Shown here one piece after another: positions 53,884 through 63,560 of a stretch of DNA of 64,000 bases. Location of the stretch: NCBI GenBank assembly GCA_963653425.1, contig CAVJWC010000001.1, positions 279,430-343,429 on the forward strand, written 5' to 3'. The translations under genes and the position numbers were made by a program. Each line of letters opens with the position of its first letter. Position 1 is the first letter of the stretch. Source of the DNA: Eubacterium sp. (GTDB lineage Bacteria; Bacillota; Clostridia; Christensenellales; CAG-314). The notes beneath the pieces were generated by a model. That model had not been told where the DNA came from. It made no database searches and was given only the letters and a program-made list of their open reading frames with translations.

Positions 53884-55557
53884 TTACGATTTGAAAGTGA
53901 CGGTAACGGTCGTTCCTACGCCGTATGTGGACTTGAAATCCAGATCCGCGCCGTAGAGCATACAGATATGTTTGACGATGGAAAGTCCCAGTCCCGTTCC
54001 GCCCGTTTCTCGCGAACGGGATTTATTTACGCGGTAGAACCTTTCGAAAATGCGACCGAGGTGTTCTTCTTCTATGCCTATTCCGTCGTCGGCTACCGTA
54101 AGAACGGTTTTTCCGTTCCCGTCGGTGACGGTAACTTTCACGTGTCCGCCTTGTTCGTTGTATCTGACGGCGTTTTCCATAAGATTTTTCACGAGTTCGA
54201 GGGCGTGTTCGTGTTCCATGCAAACGAATCCGCTACCCGAAGATTCTATCTCCACTCCGCGCTTCCCGGCAAGAATTTCAAGGCTACATTTAACTTCGTC
54301 AACTACGTCGCCGAGCTGAAGTTTCTCGCCGTCGGGCTTTTTGGTCGATTCGAGTTTCGAAAGGTCGAGCATATCGTTTATAAGTCCGATTATTCTTTCG
54401 GTTTCTTTGTTTATTCTTCCCGAAAGCTCTTTTATTTCGGGATTCTCTGCGTTAAGCGAAATAATGTCGTTAAAGCCTTTTATTGCGGTGAGAGGCGTTT
54501 TGAGTTCGTGGCTGGCGTTGGCGAAAAACTCGCTACGCATCTTTTCGCTGTTCCTTACCGCGGTTATGTCCGAAAGAACGATTGCCGTAAGTCCTCTTTC
54601 CAGAGGTCTTACCGAAACGGCGTATACCTTGTCGCTCGGAAGCCGAAGTTCGAAATTCTCGTCGGTTTTTCCGCTTAAAGCGCAATTTATTTTGTCCACG
54701 AAGTCGGATTCCCTGCAGAGAATCATATAGCTTCTTCCGAGATAATCGGAAACGTCGAAAATTTTCTGAGCGTTTTTGTTGAGAATAACTATATTCCCCT
54801 GTTCGTCAAGCACGGCTATCGCGTCGGAAATGTTGTCGAGAATATAATCGAGTTTTTCTTTGTCGCTTCTCGCTTCGGAAATACTCCGGCTGAGCTTTTC
54901 GCCCACGCCGTTGATTTCGACGAGAAGAGAATTGATTTCCTTGTCGCCCGAAGAAGGAATAACCTCTTTATACGTTCCGTTTCTTATGGAAGCAAGGTTG
55001 TTTTTTACGTCTTTGAGAGGTTTAAGCAAACCGTTCGACGCAACCGCGCTCAAAACCGAAGAAATCAGCAGAGCAAAAATCAGGACGAACACCATGGTTA
55101 CGGCGTTACTGACGACGTAAGCGTTAACGTTTTCGACGGGCATGGAAACTCTTATAAAAACGTAGCCCGAGTCGATTTCGACCTTCTCTGCGTAATAAAC
55201 GAAGTCTTTTTTAAGAGATTTGCTGTAACGCGTAACTACTTTGGGTTCTCCCTTAAAGGCAGAGATTATTTCCTCTCTGTCGTCGTGGTTGTCGAGCGTT
55301 CCTACGTCTAAGTTTTCGCTGTCGGCAAGAACCGTTCCGCCCGAAGCTATTACCGATACTCTGATGTCGTCGGGCGTTCCGTTTACCGTCTTTTCGGGAC
55401 TGACGTAGTTCTCCGCGTAAATCTTCGTTATGTCGATAACGCTCTTTTCGGCTTCCTTGTATATCGTGCTTCTGTTAACGGCAACTCCGAAAAAGAACAC
55501 GAAAATCAACGAAACCGCAATTATAAGTATATTAAAAAGTACGATCTTGTTTTTCAT
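53884..55557 (-). CDS. phoR: Sensor histidine kinase, PhoR-like
   Basis: 557 aa; two TM segments, PAS-like region, H-box SHELKTPLTAI, N/G boxes (NAVRYN; DDGIGI; GGTGLGLSIV). Adjacent to the OmpR-type regulator and the pst genes. Confidence 0.8.
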   Translation of the reverse strand: MKNKIVLFNILIIAVSLIFVFFFGVAVNRSTIYKEAEKSVIDITKIYAENYVSPEKTVNGTPDDIRVSVIASGGTVLADSENLDVGTLDNHDDREEIISAFKGEPKVVTRYSKSLKKDFVYYAEKVEIDSGYVFIRVSMPVENVNAYVVSNAVTMVFVLIFALLISSVLSAVASNGLLKPLKDVKNNLASIRNGTYKEVIPSSGDKEINSLLVEINGVGEKLSRSISEARSDKEKLDYILDNISDAIAVLDEQGNIVILNKNAQKIFDVSDYLGRSYMILCRESDFVDKINCALSGKTDENFELRLPSDKVYAVSVRPLERGLTAIVLSDITAVRNSEKMRSEFFANASHELKTPLTAIKGFNDIISLNAENPEIKELSGRINKETERIIGLINDMLDLSKLESTKKPDGEKLQLGDVVDEVKCSLEILAGKRGVEIESSGSGFVCMEHEHALELVKNLMENAVRYNEQGGHVKVTVTDGNGKTVLTVADDGIGIEEEHLGRIFERFYRVNKSRSRETGGTGLGLSIVKHICMLYGADLDFKSTYGVGTTVTVTFKS

Positions 55558-55561
55558 CTTT

Positions 55562-56233
55562 CTATTTAAGAGAATATCCGACTCCTCGGACGGTAATTAT
55601 CGTAGCCTGAGATTCCGAAAGAAGTTTTCTCAGTTCCGCTACGTGAATGTCGAGCGTTCTCGTTTCGCCGTAATTTTCTCCCCAGACGTTATCCAGAAGG
55701 AAATCGCGCGTAAGCACCGTTCCGGCGTTTTTTACAAGAAGTTTAAGCAGTTCGTATTGTTTAAGGGTAGCCGAAACGGGCTTTCCGTTTACGGTAATCG
55801 TACGTATCTTGTCGTTTACCGTAACGTCCTTATAACAAAACAGGGAACCGTCGGGCTTTTTCACTCTGAGCTTGGCGTTGATACGCGCGATAAGTTCGAG
55901 AACGCCGAAGGGTTTGGAAACGTAATCGTCCGCTCCGAGGTCGAGACCTTTGACCTTATCGATTTCGTTACCCTTAGCCGACACCATAATAACGGGAATA
56001 TCCCTCGTTTTCGCTCCTTTACGAAGTTCTTCGAGAATGGAATATCCGTCTTCGCCGTCAAGCATAATGTCGAGAAGGAATATATCGGGCAGTCTTTCTT
56101 TAAGAGCCGAATACAGTTCGTCTGCGCAGGAAAAACACTCCGTTTCAAAACCCGCTCCCGAAAGAGCGAATTTGTATACGTCGCGTATGGATTCTTCGTC
56201 GTCTACGGCATAAACGAGTTTCTTTTCTTGCAT
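55562..56233 (-). CDS. phoP: OmpR-family response regulator, PhoP/PhoB-like
   Basis: 223 aa; receiver domain (VDDEESIRD...LLDIMLDGEDG...SAKG) and winged-helix output (LTLKQYELLKLL...RTLDIHVAELRKL). Confidence 0.8.
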   Translation of the reverse strand: MQEKKLVYAVDDEESIRDVYKFALSGAGFETECFSCADELYSALKERLPDIFLLDIMLDGEDGYSILEELRKGAKTRDIPVIMVSAKGNEIDKVKGLDLGADDYVSKPFGVLELIARINAKLRVKKPDGSLFCYKDVTVNDKIRTITVNGKPVSATLKQYELLKLLVKNAGTVLTRDFLLDNVWGENYGETRTLDIHVAELRKLLSESQATIITVRGVGYSLK

Positions 56234-56242
56234 TTTCTCTCC

Positions 56243-56896
56243 TTAGCCCGGCTTGTGTTGTCCCGTTGCGGCGTATTCCGCCCACTCTCCTATATTAACC
56301 GCGTGGTCGCCTATTCTTTCGAGATATTTCGCAATCATCATAAAGAGTATAGCCTGATCGGCGTTACTCGGATCGGACTTGATCAGCGAAATAAGTTCCG
56401 CCTTTACCTTCTCGAACAATTCGTCTACTCTGTCGTCTCTTTTATCAAGAGATCGCGCCGTTTCGAGGTCTTTGTTGATATAGCTGTGGACGCCGTCCTT
56501 AACCATATTTATTGCGATTTTAGCCATCATTTCGATATGCTCGGGCTTTTTTATAAATTCTTCTTTTCCGAATTGAAGCGAGATTTCCGATATATCAGCC
56601 GCCTGATCGGCAATTCTTTCAAGGTCGGTGATCATTTTGAGAGCCGCCGAAACGTCGCGGAAATCTCCCGCTACGGGATGTTCCATCAAAAGGATTTTCA
56701 GACAATCCTGTTCGATCTCTCTTTCTTTAAGGTCGATGTTTTTGTCCTCTTCCATAACCGTGCGCGCAAGTTCGTCGTCGCGGTTTTTTAAGGCTTCTAT
56801 CGACCTTTCTATTGCTTCTTCGACGTCACGGCACATTTCGATAAGCTTATTGAAAACGCTTCTGAGTTCGGATTCGTATTTATTTCTTATACTCAT
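56243..56896 (-). CDS. phoU: Phosphate signalling complex protein PhoU
   Basis: 217 aa; duplicated PhoU repeats with LERIADQA and LERIGDHA motifs. Confidence 0.92.
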   Translation of the reverse strand: MSIRNKYESELRSVFNKLIEMCRDVEEAIERSIEALKNRDDELARTVMEEDKNIDLKEREIEQDCLKILLMEHPVAGDFRDVSAALKMITDLERIADQAADISEISLQFGKEEFIKKPEHIEMMAKIAINMVKDGVHSYINKDLETARSLDKRDDRVDELFEKVKAELISLIKSDPSNADQAILFMMIAKYLERIGDHAVNIGEWAEYAATGQHKPG

Positions 56897-56938
56897 ATTA
56901 TAACCTTTTTTTCTCCTTTTTTCAAGTTAATCGGCGTA

Positions 56939-57703
56939 TTAACCGAATCTTCCCGTTATATAATTTTCCGTTCTCGGATCCTTGGGCGAACCGAAAATCT
57001 GTTCCGTATCGCCGAATTCCACGAGTTCTCCCAAAAGGAAGAACGCGGTTTTATCGGCAATTCTCATTGCCTGTTGCATATTATGGGTAACTATGACTAT
57101 GGTCAGGTCTTTTTTAAGCTCCAAGGCAAGCTCTTCTATCTTGCCCGTGGAAATGGGATCGAGCGCAGAAGTGGGTTCGTCCATAAGAAGAATTTCGGGA
57201 CCGGCTGCCAAAGCTCTGGCTATACACAGTCTCTGTTGCTGACCTCCGCTTATTCCGAGCGCGCTTTTTCTCAGTCTGTCTTTGACTTCGTCCCAGATAC
57301 TTGCTCTTTTAAGCGAAGTTTCCACTATTTCGTCGAGGTCGGCTTTCTTTCTTATACCGAAAGTTCTCGGCGCGAAGGCTATGTTGTCGTAAATACTCAT
57401 CGGGAAGGGATTGGGTTTCTGAAAAACCATACCTACCTTTTTTCTGAGAAGATTCACGTCCACGTCCTTACCGAAAATGTTTCTTCCGCCTATCGTGAAT
57501 TCTCCCGTGATTTTACAGCCTTCCACGAGGTCGTTCATTCTGTTGAATATTTTTAAGAAGGTGGATTTTCCGCAACCCGAAGGACCTATAAACGCGGTTA
57601 TTTTCTTTTCGGGAATCTCTACGTTTACGTTTTTGAGCGCGTGAAAATCTCCGTAATACAAATTACAATCGGTAACTTTTATATCGTTTCTTTCTTCTGA
57701 CAT
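56939..57703 (-). CDS. pstB: Phosphate ABC transporter ATP-binding protein PstB
   Basis: 254 aa; Walker [10 protein letters not shown], signature LSGGQQQRL, Walker [12 protein letters not shown], and the PstB-typical N-terminus ([13 protein letters not shown]). Confidence 0.95.
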   Translation of the reverse strand: MSEERNDIKVTDCNLYYGDFHALKNVNVEIPEKKITAFIGPSGCGKSTFLKIFNRMNDLVEGCKITGEFTIGGRNIFGKDVDVNLLRKKVGMVFQKPNPFPMSIYDNIAFAPRTFGIRKKADLDEIVETSLKRASIWDEVKDRLRKSALGISGGQQQRLCIARALAAGPEILLMDEPTSALDPISTGKIEELALELKKDLTIVIVTHNMQQAMRIADKTAFFLLGELVEFGDTEQIFGSPKDPRTENYITGRFG

Positions 57704-58578
57704 TATTTTTCTCCGGTTTTTCTTTTTATGAGTTTACCTATTCCCGACGCACCTAAGTTTATAAGCACGACGAACACCATTAAAACCACGCCCGTTGCTG
57801 CAGCCTGATCGGGATAGCCGTGACTTGCGAAGTAGTAAATATCGAGAGCGAGGCTCGTTCCGGGGGAAAGCAGACTTTCGGGGACGCGGTTTACTACCAT
57901 ACCTATAGTTAAAATCAGCACCGCGCTTTCGGAAATCACTCTTCCTACGGCAAGAATCAACGCCGTTACTATTCCGCCAGCGCACGAAGGGATAACTACT
58001 TTGAATATCGTTCTGACCTTTCCCGTTCCCAAAGCAAACGCACCTTCTCTTATACCCGCGGGTACGGACAAAAGGCTTTCTTCCACCGACCTTACTATAA
58101 CGGGAAGAACCATGATGGCAAGGGTTATTCCTCCGCCGAGAACGGAATAGCCCATTTTCAGCGCGACTACGAACACGAGGTATCCGAAAAGTCCGTATAC
58201 GATACTGGGAATGCCCGCAAGAGTTTCCGTGGCAAGTCTTATTACTTTCACGAGTTTGCTTTCTTTATTGGTGTATTCGGCAAGGAATATCGCGCTTCCC
58301 ATTCCCAGAGGCACGGCTATAAACATGGAAATAAGAATCAGTTCGAGCGTTCCAACGAGAGCGGGAAGAACCGAAGGCGTCGTTTTTCCGTCGCCGAAAA
58401 GGAAATCCAAAGTGATTTTGTCTACTCCGTCCACCGTGGTATAAAGTATAATCGCTATGAGCGCTATAACCGCGATACCCGTAGTTATATAACTGAATAT
58501 TCTGAGCGAAAAACAAAACTTTCCCGAAGCCGTGGCTTTCTTTATCTTAGCCGTCCGAGCTTTACCTTCTGCACTCAT
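57703..58578 (-). CDS. pstA: Phosphate ABC transporter permease PstA
   Basis: 291 aa, six TM segments, EAA-type loop ([20 protein letters not shown]). Overlaps pstB by 1 nt and pstC by 4 nt. Confidence 0.9.
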   Translation of the reverse strand: MSAEGKARTAKIKKATASGKFCFSLRIFSYITTGIAVIALIAIILYTTVDGVDKITLDFLFGDGKTTPSVLPALVGTLELILISMFIAVPLGMGSAIFLAEYTNKESKLVKVIRLATETLAGIPSIVYGLFGYLVFVVALKMGYSVLGGGITLAIMVLPVIVRSVEESLLSVPAGIREGAFALGTGKVRTIFKVVIPSCAGGIVTALILAVGRVISESAVLILTIGMVVNRVPESLLSPGTSLALDIYYFASHGYPDQAAATGVVLMVFVVLINLGASGIGKLIKRKTGEK

Positions 58579-59483
58579 TTTTTCTTCTCCTTACCGACTT
58601 TCTTTTCCTTTCCGCTTTCCTTTATCAGAGAGAAGCTTACGTTTATTATAAGTACGAAAACGAACAGCACGACGCCCGTCGCAATCAGAGCCGAAAGAGA
58701 ATCTCCCGAAAGTTCCATCGCGCCCATGGCTATGTTTGCGGTAAGCGTTCTTACGCTCTGGAAAAGGCTTTCGGGCATATCGGGGCTTCCGCCGATAACC
58801 ATAATAACCGCCATGGTTTCGCCTATCGCTCTGCCTATGGATAACACGACCGCCGCGAGAATTCCGCTTTTTGCCGAAGGCAACAAAACCCTGAAAGTCG
58901 CTTCTTCCTTAGTAGCTCCGAGAGCAAGAGCGTTTTCGTAATACTCCTTGGGTACGGCTTCGAGACTGTCCAAACTTACGCTTACTATCGTGGGAAGAAT
59001 CATTATCGCAAGTACGAGCGAGGAAGAGAATATTCCGTAGCCCACTCCGCTCGGAGAAAGATAATCTCTCACGAAAGGCACGATAAAGGTCATTCCGAAC
59101 AAGCCGTATATAACCGAAGGAATTCCCGCCAAAAGATTTATCGTCTGTCTTATCGGGGCGGAAACCTTTTTCGGAATGAACTTATACAGAGCTATCGCCG
59201 TAAACAAGCCCAGACACACTCCTATAACCACCGAAAGAGCCGTAACATAAAGCGAAGCGACTATCATCGGGAATATTCCGTAAGTCGGATTTTCGCCCAT
59301 TATTGCCCATTTCTTTCCGAATATAAACTCGGAAAATCCCGTTTTGTTTATAAACGGGATTCCGCTTGCGAATAAGAATATCGTTATTACCGCGAGGGCG
59401 GCGATTGCAAATACCGCGCAACAGAGAAACAGGCATTTCATCAATTTTTCTTTTGCAGAAACCCGTCTGTATAAAGATACCAT
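58575..59483 (-). CDS. pstC: Phosphate ABC transporter permease PstC
   Basis: 302 aa, TM-rich, EAA-type loop (ENALALGATKEEATFRVLLP). Follows pstS. Confidence 0.9.
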   Translation of the reverse strand: MVSLYRRVSAKEKLMKCLFLCCAVFAIAALAVITIFLFASGIPFINKTGFSEFIFGKKWAIMGENPTYGIFPMIVASLYVTALSVVIGVCLGLFTAIALYKFIPKKVSAPIRQTINLLAGIPSVIYGLFGMTFIVPFVRDYLSPSGVGYGIFSSSLVLAIMILPTIVSVSLDSLEAVPKEYYENALALGATKEEATFRVLLPSAKSGILAAVVLSIGRAIGETMAVIMVIGGSPDMPESLFQSVRTLTANIAMGAMELSGDSLSALIATGVVLFVFVLIINVSFSLIKESGKEKKVGKEKKK

Positions 59484-59496
59484 CTTATTCTCCGTT

Positions 59497-60363
59497 TTAA
59501 CCTATAATCTGCTTCCAGACGGTGATTGCGTTTTCGCCCGCTTCCGCGTCGTATATGTTCTTAAGCTGTTCCATAGTCAAGCTTTCTACGGGATTGAGCT
59601 TATTGACTATCATCGCTATACCGTCCATTGCGACAGTGAAGTATACGCAGTCGGTTGCCTTAGTCTGAACGAAGTTTTCCGAAATCATTCCGAATGCGCT
59701 TACGCCGTTCTGTGCGTCGTTGTAACCCGTACCGGAACCGCCTCCGCCTACACTTACCTTTACTCCGCTCTGCAAAGCTTCGAATTTAGCCGCAAGTTTT
59801 TCCATAAGAGGTTTAAGAGAAGTGCTTCCGCTGATTGCGACAGAACCGCTGAGATCTGCGTCGATTACGTACTTTTCGGAAGTTTCGTTTACCATTACGT
59901 AACCGTTTGCCGAGATAATTTCCTGAGCTTCGGCGCTTGCGAGGAATTTAAGATAAGCCGCGTTTACGCCCGTCATATTTTCTTCCTTATATACGACCGA
60001 CAGGGGCCTCGAAATCTTATACGTTCCGTTTTTGATGTTTTCTACCGAAGGAAGGACGCCGTCTACTTTAAGAATCTTTACTTCGTCCGTTACGAAACCG
60101 AGGCTTTCGTAAGCGATGGCGTGAGGATTGTTTTTAACTTCCGTAAGAACGGCAGGCGTTCCCGTGGCAACTATAACGCCCGATTTGTCGTTTTTGTCTT
60201 TGAGACCGATAAATTCCATAAACGCTTTCTTCGTTCCGCTACCGTCTTCGCGAACTACTACCGTTATCTGTTTGTTTTCACTGAACTTTACGCTGCAACC
60301 GCACATAGCTGCTACCGACAAAGTCATTACGAGTGCCAACATAATCGTTAAAATCTTTTTCAT
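59497..60363 (-). CDS. pstS: Phosphate-binding lipoprotein PstS
   Basis: 288 aa; lipobox AAMCGCS, PBP-like type 2 fold motifs (GSGT..., SGSTSLKPL). First gene of the pst operon; AAAGGAG RBS. Confidence 0.9.
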   Translation of the reverse strand: MKKILTIMLALVMTLSVAAMCGCSVKFSENKQITVVVREDGSGTKKAFMEFIGLKDKNDKSGVIVATGTPAVLTEVKNNPHAIAYESLGFVTDEVKILKVDGVLPSVENIKNGTYKISRPLSVVYKEENMTGVNAAYLKFLASAEAQEIISANGYVMVNETSEKYVIDADLSGSVAISGSTSLKPLMEKLAAKFEALQSGVKVSVGGGGSGTGYNDAQNGVSAFGMISENFVQTKATDCVYFTVAMDGIAMIVNKLNPVESLTMEQLKNIYDAEAGENAITVWKQIIG

Positions 60364-60395
60364 GTTTTTTATCTCCTTTGTTTTTTTGTGCCTTC

Positions 60396-60401
60396 ATTAT
60401 A
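60396..60401 (-). promoter_or_regulatory. -10 element of the pstS promoter (no matching -35)
   Basis: Minus strand TATAAT about 30 nt upstream of the pstS start. There is no recognisable -35, as expected for an activator-dependent Pho promoter. Confidence 0.5.
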
Positions 60402-60433
60402 ACCTATAAAAATAAAGCCCGAAACCGCTTTTT

Positions 60434-60461
60434 TGTAAAAAGAATGTAAATTTAAGGTAAA
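60434..60461 (-). promoter_or_regulatory. Pho boxes (three direct repeats, 11-bp period)
   Basis: Minus strand TTTACC-N5-TTTACA-N5-TTTACA matches the Bacillus PhoP consensus TT(A/T/C)ACA repeated every 11 bp. The last repeat ends 32 nt upstream of the -10. Confidence 0.65.
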
Positions 60462-60820
60462 GTCGCAAGAATCGTTAACTGCGTCCAAAAAGTTTCCGCT
60501 CCGCTTTTACCGTAGTATACGCTTATGGCTCTGAAAACCGCGCTCGTTTGTAGATAACTTCCGAACGGTAAATATTTATGTGAATCACAGGTTTATTCGT
60601 TCTCTTTTGTGCGATTGAACGGATATTTTATTCATAAGGAAAATCGGTTTGAAAAAAAATCTAAAAAAATTTCCATTTTTTGCTTCAAAATCATTGTGAT
60701 TTTTCGGATTTTATGGTAGAATAAACAAGCTGTCTAAAAAACAAGTTTTTCAGTAGCAGCGCAGTACAATAAAGAACCGCGCTCCGCTAACACTTTTCTG
60801 CACATAGGAGAATAAATTTT

Positions 60821-61381
60821 ATGCAATACTTAAAAGACGTAGTAAGAACCCGTATTATCAACGCAGCCATAGCTGAATTCAAAGAATACGGATATTCCAA
60901 CGCTTCCATCAGGAATATTGCCGAAGTGGCAAACATCAGTCTCGGTAATATTTATCGTTATTACGAAAATAAAGAAGATCTGTTTCTTACTATAATCAAT
61001 CCTCTCACCGAAATGACCAAACAGCCGTCCGTTTCCAAAGTCCTTGACGAAGACGTTTCTCTCGAAGCGACCATCGAAACCATTTTAAGCTATCTTAACG
61101 ATCATATCGACGAATACAGAATTATCAGAATTTCCAACACCACCCACTTCTCTTACTTCTTCGACAGACTCAGCGACCTTATCGCAAGAAAGCTCGAACA
61201 GGTTCTCAATCAGAAGCGTCCTCTTTACGTTAAATCCATCGTAAACAGAAACTTCTTCTCCATTATCTCCTCGGGATACCTTAACGCTATTCTCGGCATC
61301 CTCGACGCGGAAGAAGATTCTCAGACCACTCAGAAGTACATCGCCGAAATCAGCAATTACTACTTCAAGGACATTATTTAA
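60821..61381 (+). CDS. TetR/AcrR family transcriptional regulator
   Basis: 186 aa; N-terminal HTH IINAAIAEFKEYGYSNASIRNIAEVANISLGNIYRYYENKEDLF. Confidence 0.85.
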   Translation: MQYLKDVVRTRIINAAIAEFKEYGYSNASIRNIAEVANISLGNIYRYYENKEDLFLTIINPLTEMTKQPSVSKVLDEDVSLEATIETILSYLNDHIDEYRIIRISNTTHFSYFFDRLSDLIARKLEQVLNQKRPLYVKSIVNRNFFSIISSGYLNAILGILDAEEDSQTTQKYIAEISNYYFKDII

Positions 61382-61396
61382 CAGAAAAATTGCGTT

Positions 61397-61436
61397 AAAA
61401 AAAGCTGTGACTGTCAGTCGCAGCTTTATTTTTTTG
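61397..61436. terminator. Bidirectional terminator between tetR and the CDF gene (convergent)
   Basis: AAAAAAA-GCTGTGACT-GTC-AGTCGCAGC-TTTATTTTTTT: a 9-bp stem (one G-U) flanked by A and T runs. Confidence 0.8.
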
Positions 61437-61577
61437 TCTTTGGGTTCAGCGTCTTACGCCTTTTGTAACGCTTGCGTCTTTGCGGTAAAAGCCCGTAAAA
61501 ACTCAGCGTTCCGTTCGTCTCGCCGACGGTTTTACGGAAAAACCCGATCAGGCTTGCATTATCTGATCCACGCAAAG

Positions 61578-62747
61578 TTACACGTAAGAATGCTCGGTCG
61601 ATATTATGAAATGGAAGATCATTTCGGGATAAAACTCGCGTGCAACCGCGGAAGACAGCGTTTCAAGGACGGAAACGTCTGTTTTTTCGTCAAAAGGCAC
61701 GGTTACGTCGAAAATAACGTTGGTGTGTTCTCTGCCCGGGACGACGCGGAAATCGTGGACGGAAAGCCTGTCGTCAAACTTACGGATTTCGTTTATAATA
61801 TGCGGTTTCAGCGTGTTGAGAATCGGATTATCCGTTTCCACGGGATCCATATGAACGGAAAGAACGATGTTGTCGTTTTTAAGAAAATCTCTTTCTATCC
61901 GGTCTATGACTTCGTGGCTTTGAAGAATACTGACGTTTGCGGGAACTTCGACGTGTACCATTACGAAAATCCTGCCTTCGCCGTAGGTGTGAACCATCAT
62001 ATCGTGAATTCCAAGAACGCCGTCGTAAGACAATATCTTTTGTCTGATTCTGTTAACGAGGTCTTTGTCGGGCTTTGCGCCGAGAAGGGGATTCATGGTT
62101 TCTCTTATGAGGTTTATCGAGGTTATTATAATGAAAAGCGACACAAGAAGTCCCGTGTATCCGTCCAGCATAATACCCGTCTGACTCATAACCGCAGTTG
62201 CCAGAAGAACGGCAAGCGTAGAGATTATGTCGTTACGGCTGTCCTTTGCGCAGGCGTCGAGCGCGGGCGAATTTATATCGCGACCGAAACTTCTGTACAT
62301 CTTCATCTGGAAGAACTTAAACGCCACGGCAACTATGAGTACCAAAAAAGTCAGCAAATCCGCGCTGACTTTCTCGGGTGATATAATCTTCGATACGGAA
62401 CTCTCGCCCAGCATAAAACCGATTGCAAGAACCACGAAAGACACTATCATCGCCGTTATATATTCGTAACGCGCGTGTCCGAAGGGGTGTTCCTTATCGG
62501 CAGGTCTTCCGGAAAGTTTGAAACCTATTAAGGTTATCACGGAAGAACCTGCGTCGGAAAGGTTATTCACCGCGTCGGCAACTATCGTTATACTTCCCGC
62601 AAATAACCCCGCGGTAAGTTTTATCGCAAACAGCAGGGCGTTTATTACAAGCCCTATAATGCCGGCTACCATTCCGTATCTTACGCGGACTTCGGGCGAC
62701 GACGTGTTTTTATAGTCCTTTACGAATGCTTTTTTGAGCAGTTCCAT
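61578..62747 (-). CDS. Cation diffusion facilitator (CDF) family transporter
   Basis: 389 aa; six TM segments with SITIVADAVNNLSDAGSSVI and PFGHARYEY motifs, and a C-terminal cytoplasmic domain (...IHDMMVHTYGEGRIFVMVHVEV). Confidence 0.88.
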   Translation of the reverse strand: MELLKKAFVKDYKNTSSPEVRVRYGMVAGIIGLVINALLFAIKLTAGLFAGSITIVADAVNNLSDAGSSVITLIGFKLSGRPADKEHPFGHARYEYITAMIVSFVVLAIGFMLGESSVSKIISPEKVSADLLTFLVLIVAVAFKFFQMKMYRSFGRDINSPALDACAKDSRNDIISTLAVLLATAVMSQTGIMLDGYTGLLVSLFIIITSINLIRETMNPLLGAKPDKDLVNRIRQKILSYDGVLGIHDMMVHTYGEGRIFVMVHVEVPANVSILQSHEVIDRIERDFLKNDNIVLSVHMDPVETDNPILNTLKPHIINEIRKFDDRLSVHDFRVVPGREHTNVIFDVTVPFDEKTDVSVLETLSSAVAREFYPEMIFHFIISTEHSYV

Positions 62748-62756
62748 TTTTCTTTT

Positions 62757-63560
62757 TTATTCTTTGTTTTCCTTGTTTTCCATGCGTTTTGCAAGAGCTT
62801 CTACCATGAAGGTGGCAACGTCGTCGGCGTAAGTGTTTGCGCCGAAACCTGCGTCGTAACCCAGTTCCTTGGCAAGCTTATGGGTTATTCTCGCGCCTCC
62901 GCAGAGAACGAGGAATCTCTTTCTGAGTCCTTCGGCTTCGAGAAGTTCGATAAGCTCGGTCATATTCTTGATATGAATATCGTTCTGCGTAACCGTCTGC
63001 GAAACGAGAAGCACGTCTGCGTTTACTTCTACGGCTTTCTTTATGAAATCTTCGTTGGGAACCTGACTTCCGAGGTTGTAGGTTTCCAGCATGTCGTATC
63101 TTTCAAGTCCGTAGTGACCCGCAAAACCTTTTCTGTTCATTATCGCGTCGATACCTACGGTATGAGCGTCCGTTCCCGTGGAAGCGCCTATTACGACGAC
63201 CTTTCTGCCGATATGCTGACGGATATATTCGTCGGTTTCTTCCATAGTCATGGTTTCCTGTTCAACCGCAGCGACTTTGATGTTTTCGTAATCCACGGTA
63301 AATCCGAGACTTCCGTAAACGACGTAGAAAGTGAATTCGGTATCGAGCGCCTTGCGGTAAGCTACGTTGACTTCGGAAAGTCCCATCTTTTCGGCAATCA
63401 GAGTTGCGGCTGCCGCTCCTCTGTCGTCGTTTTTAACGGGAAGAGTAAAGCTCATCTGAACTTTACCGTCGTTCATCGTATCGCCGTAGGGCTTTAATTT
63501 GGTTTTATCGAGAACCGTGGAAAAATCGCGTTTATGGGTATTATAAAGACCGCCGCTCAT
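62757..63560 (-). CDS. kamE: Lysine 5,6-aminomutase beta subunit (B12-binding)
   Basis: 267 aa; N-terminal LKPYGDTMNDGKVQMSFTLPV dimerisation region and B12-binding DxHxxG motif (GTDAHTVGID) with a Rossmann-like C-terminal half. Confidence 0.8.
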   Translation of the reverse strand: MSGGLYNTHKRDFSTVLDKTKLKPYGDTMNDGKVQMSFTLPVKNDDRGAAAATLIAEKMGLSEVNVAYRKALDTEFTFYVVYGSLGFTVDYENIKVAAVEQETMTMEETDEYIRQHIGRKVVVIGASTGTDAHTVGIDAIMNRKGFAGHYGLERYDMLETYNLGSQVPNEDFIKKAVEVNADVLLVSQTVTQNDIHIKNMTELIELLEAEGLRKRFLVLCGGARITHKLAKELGYDAGFGANTYADDVATFMVEALAKRMENKENKE

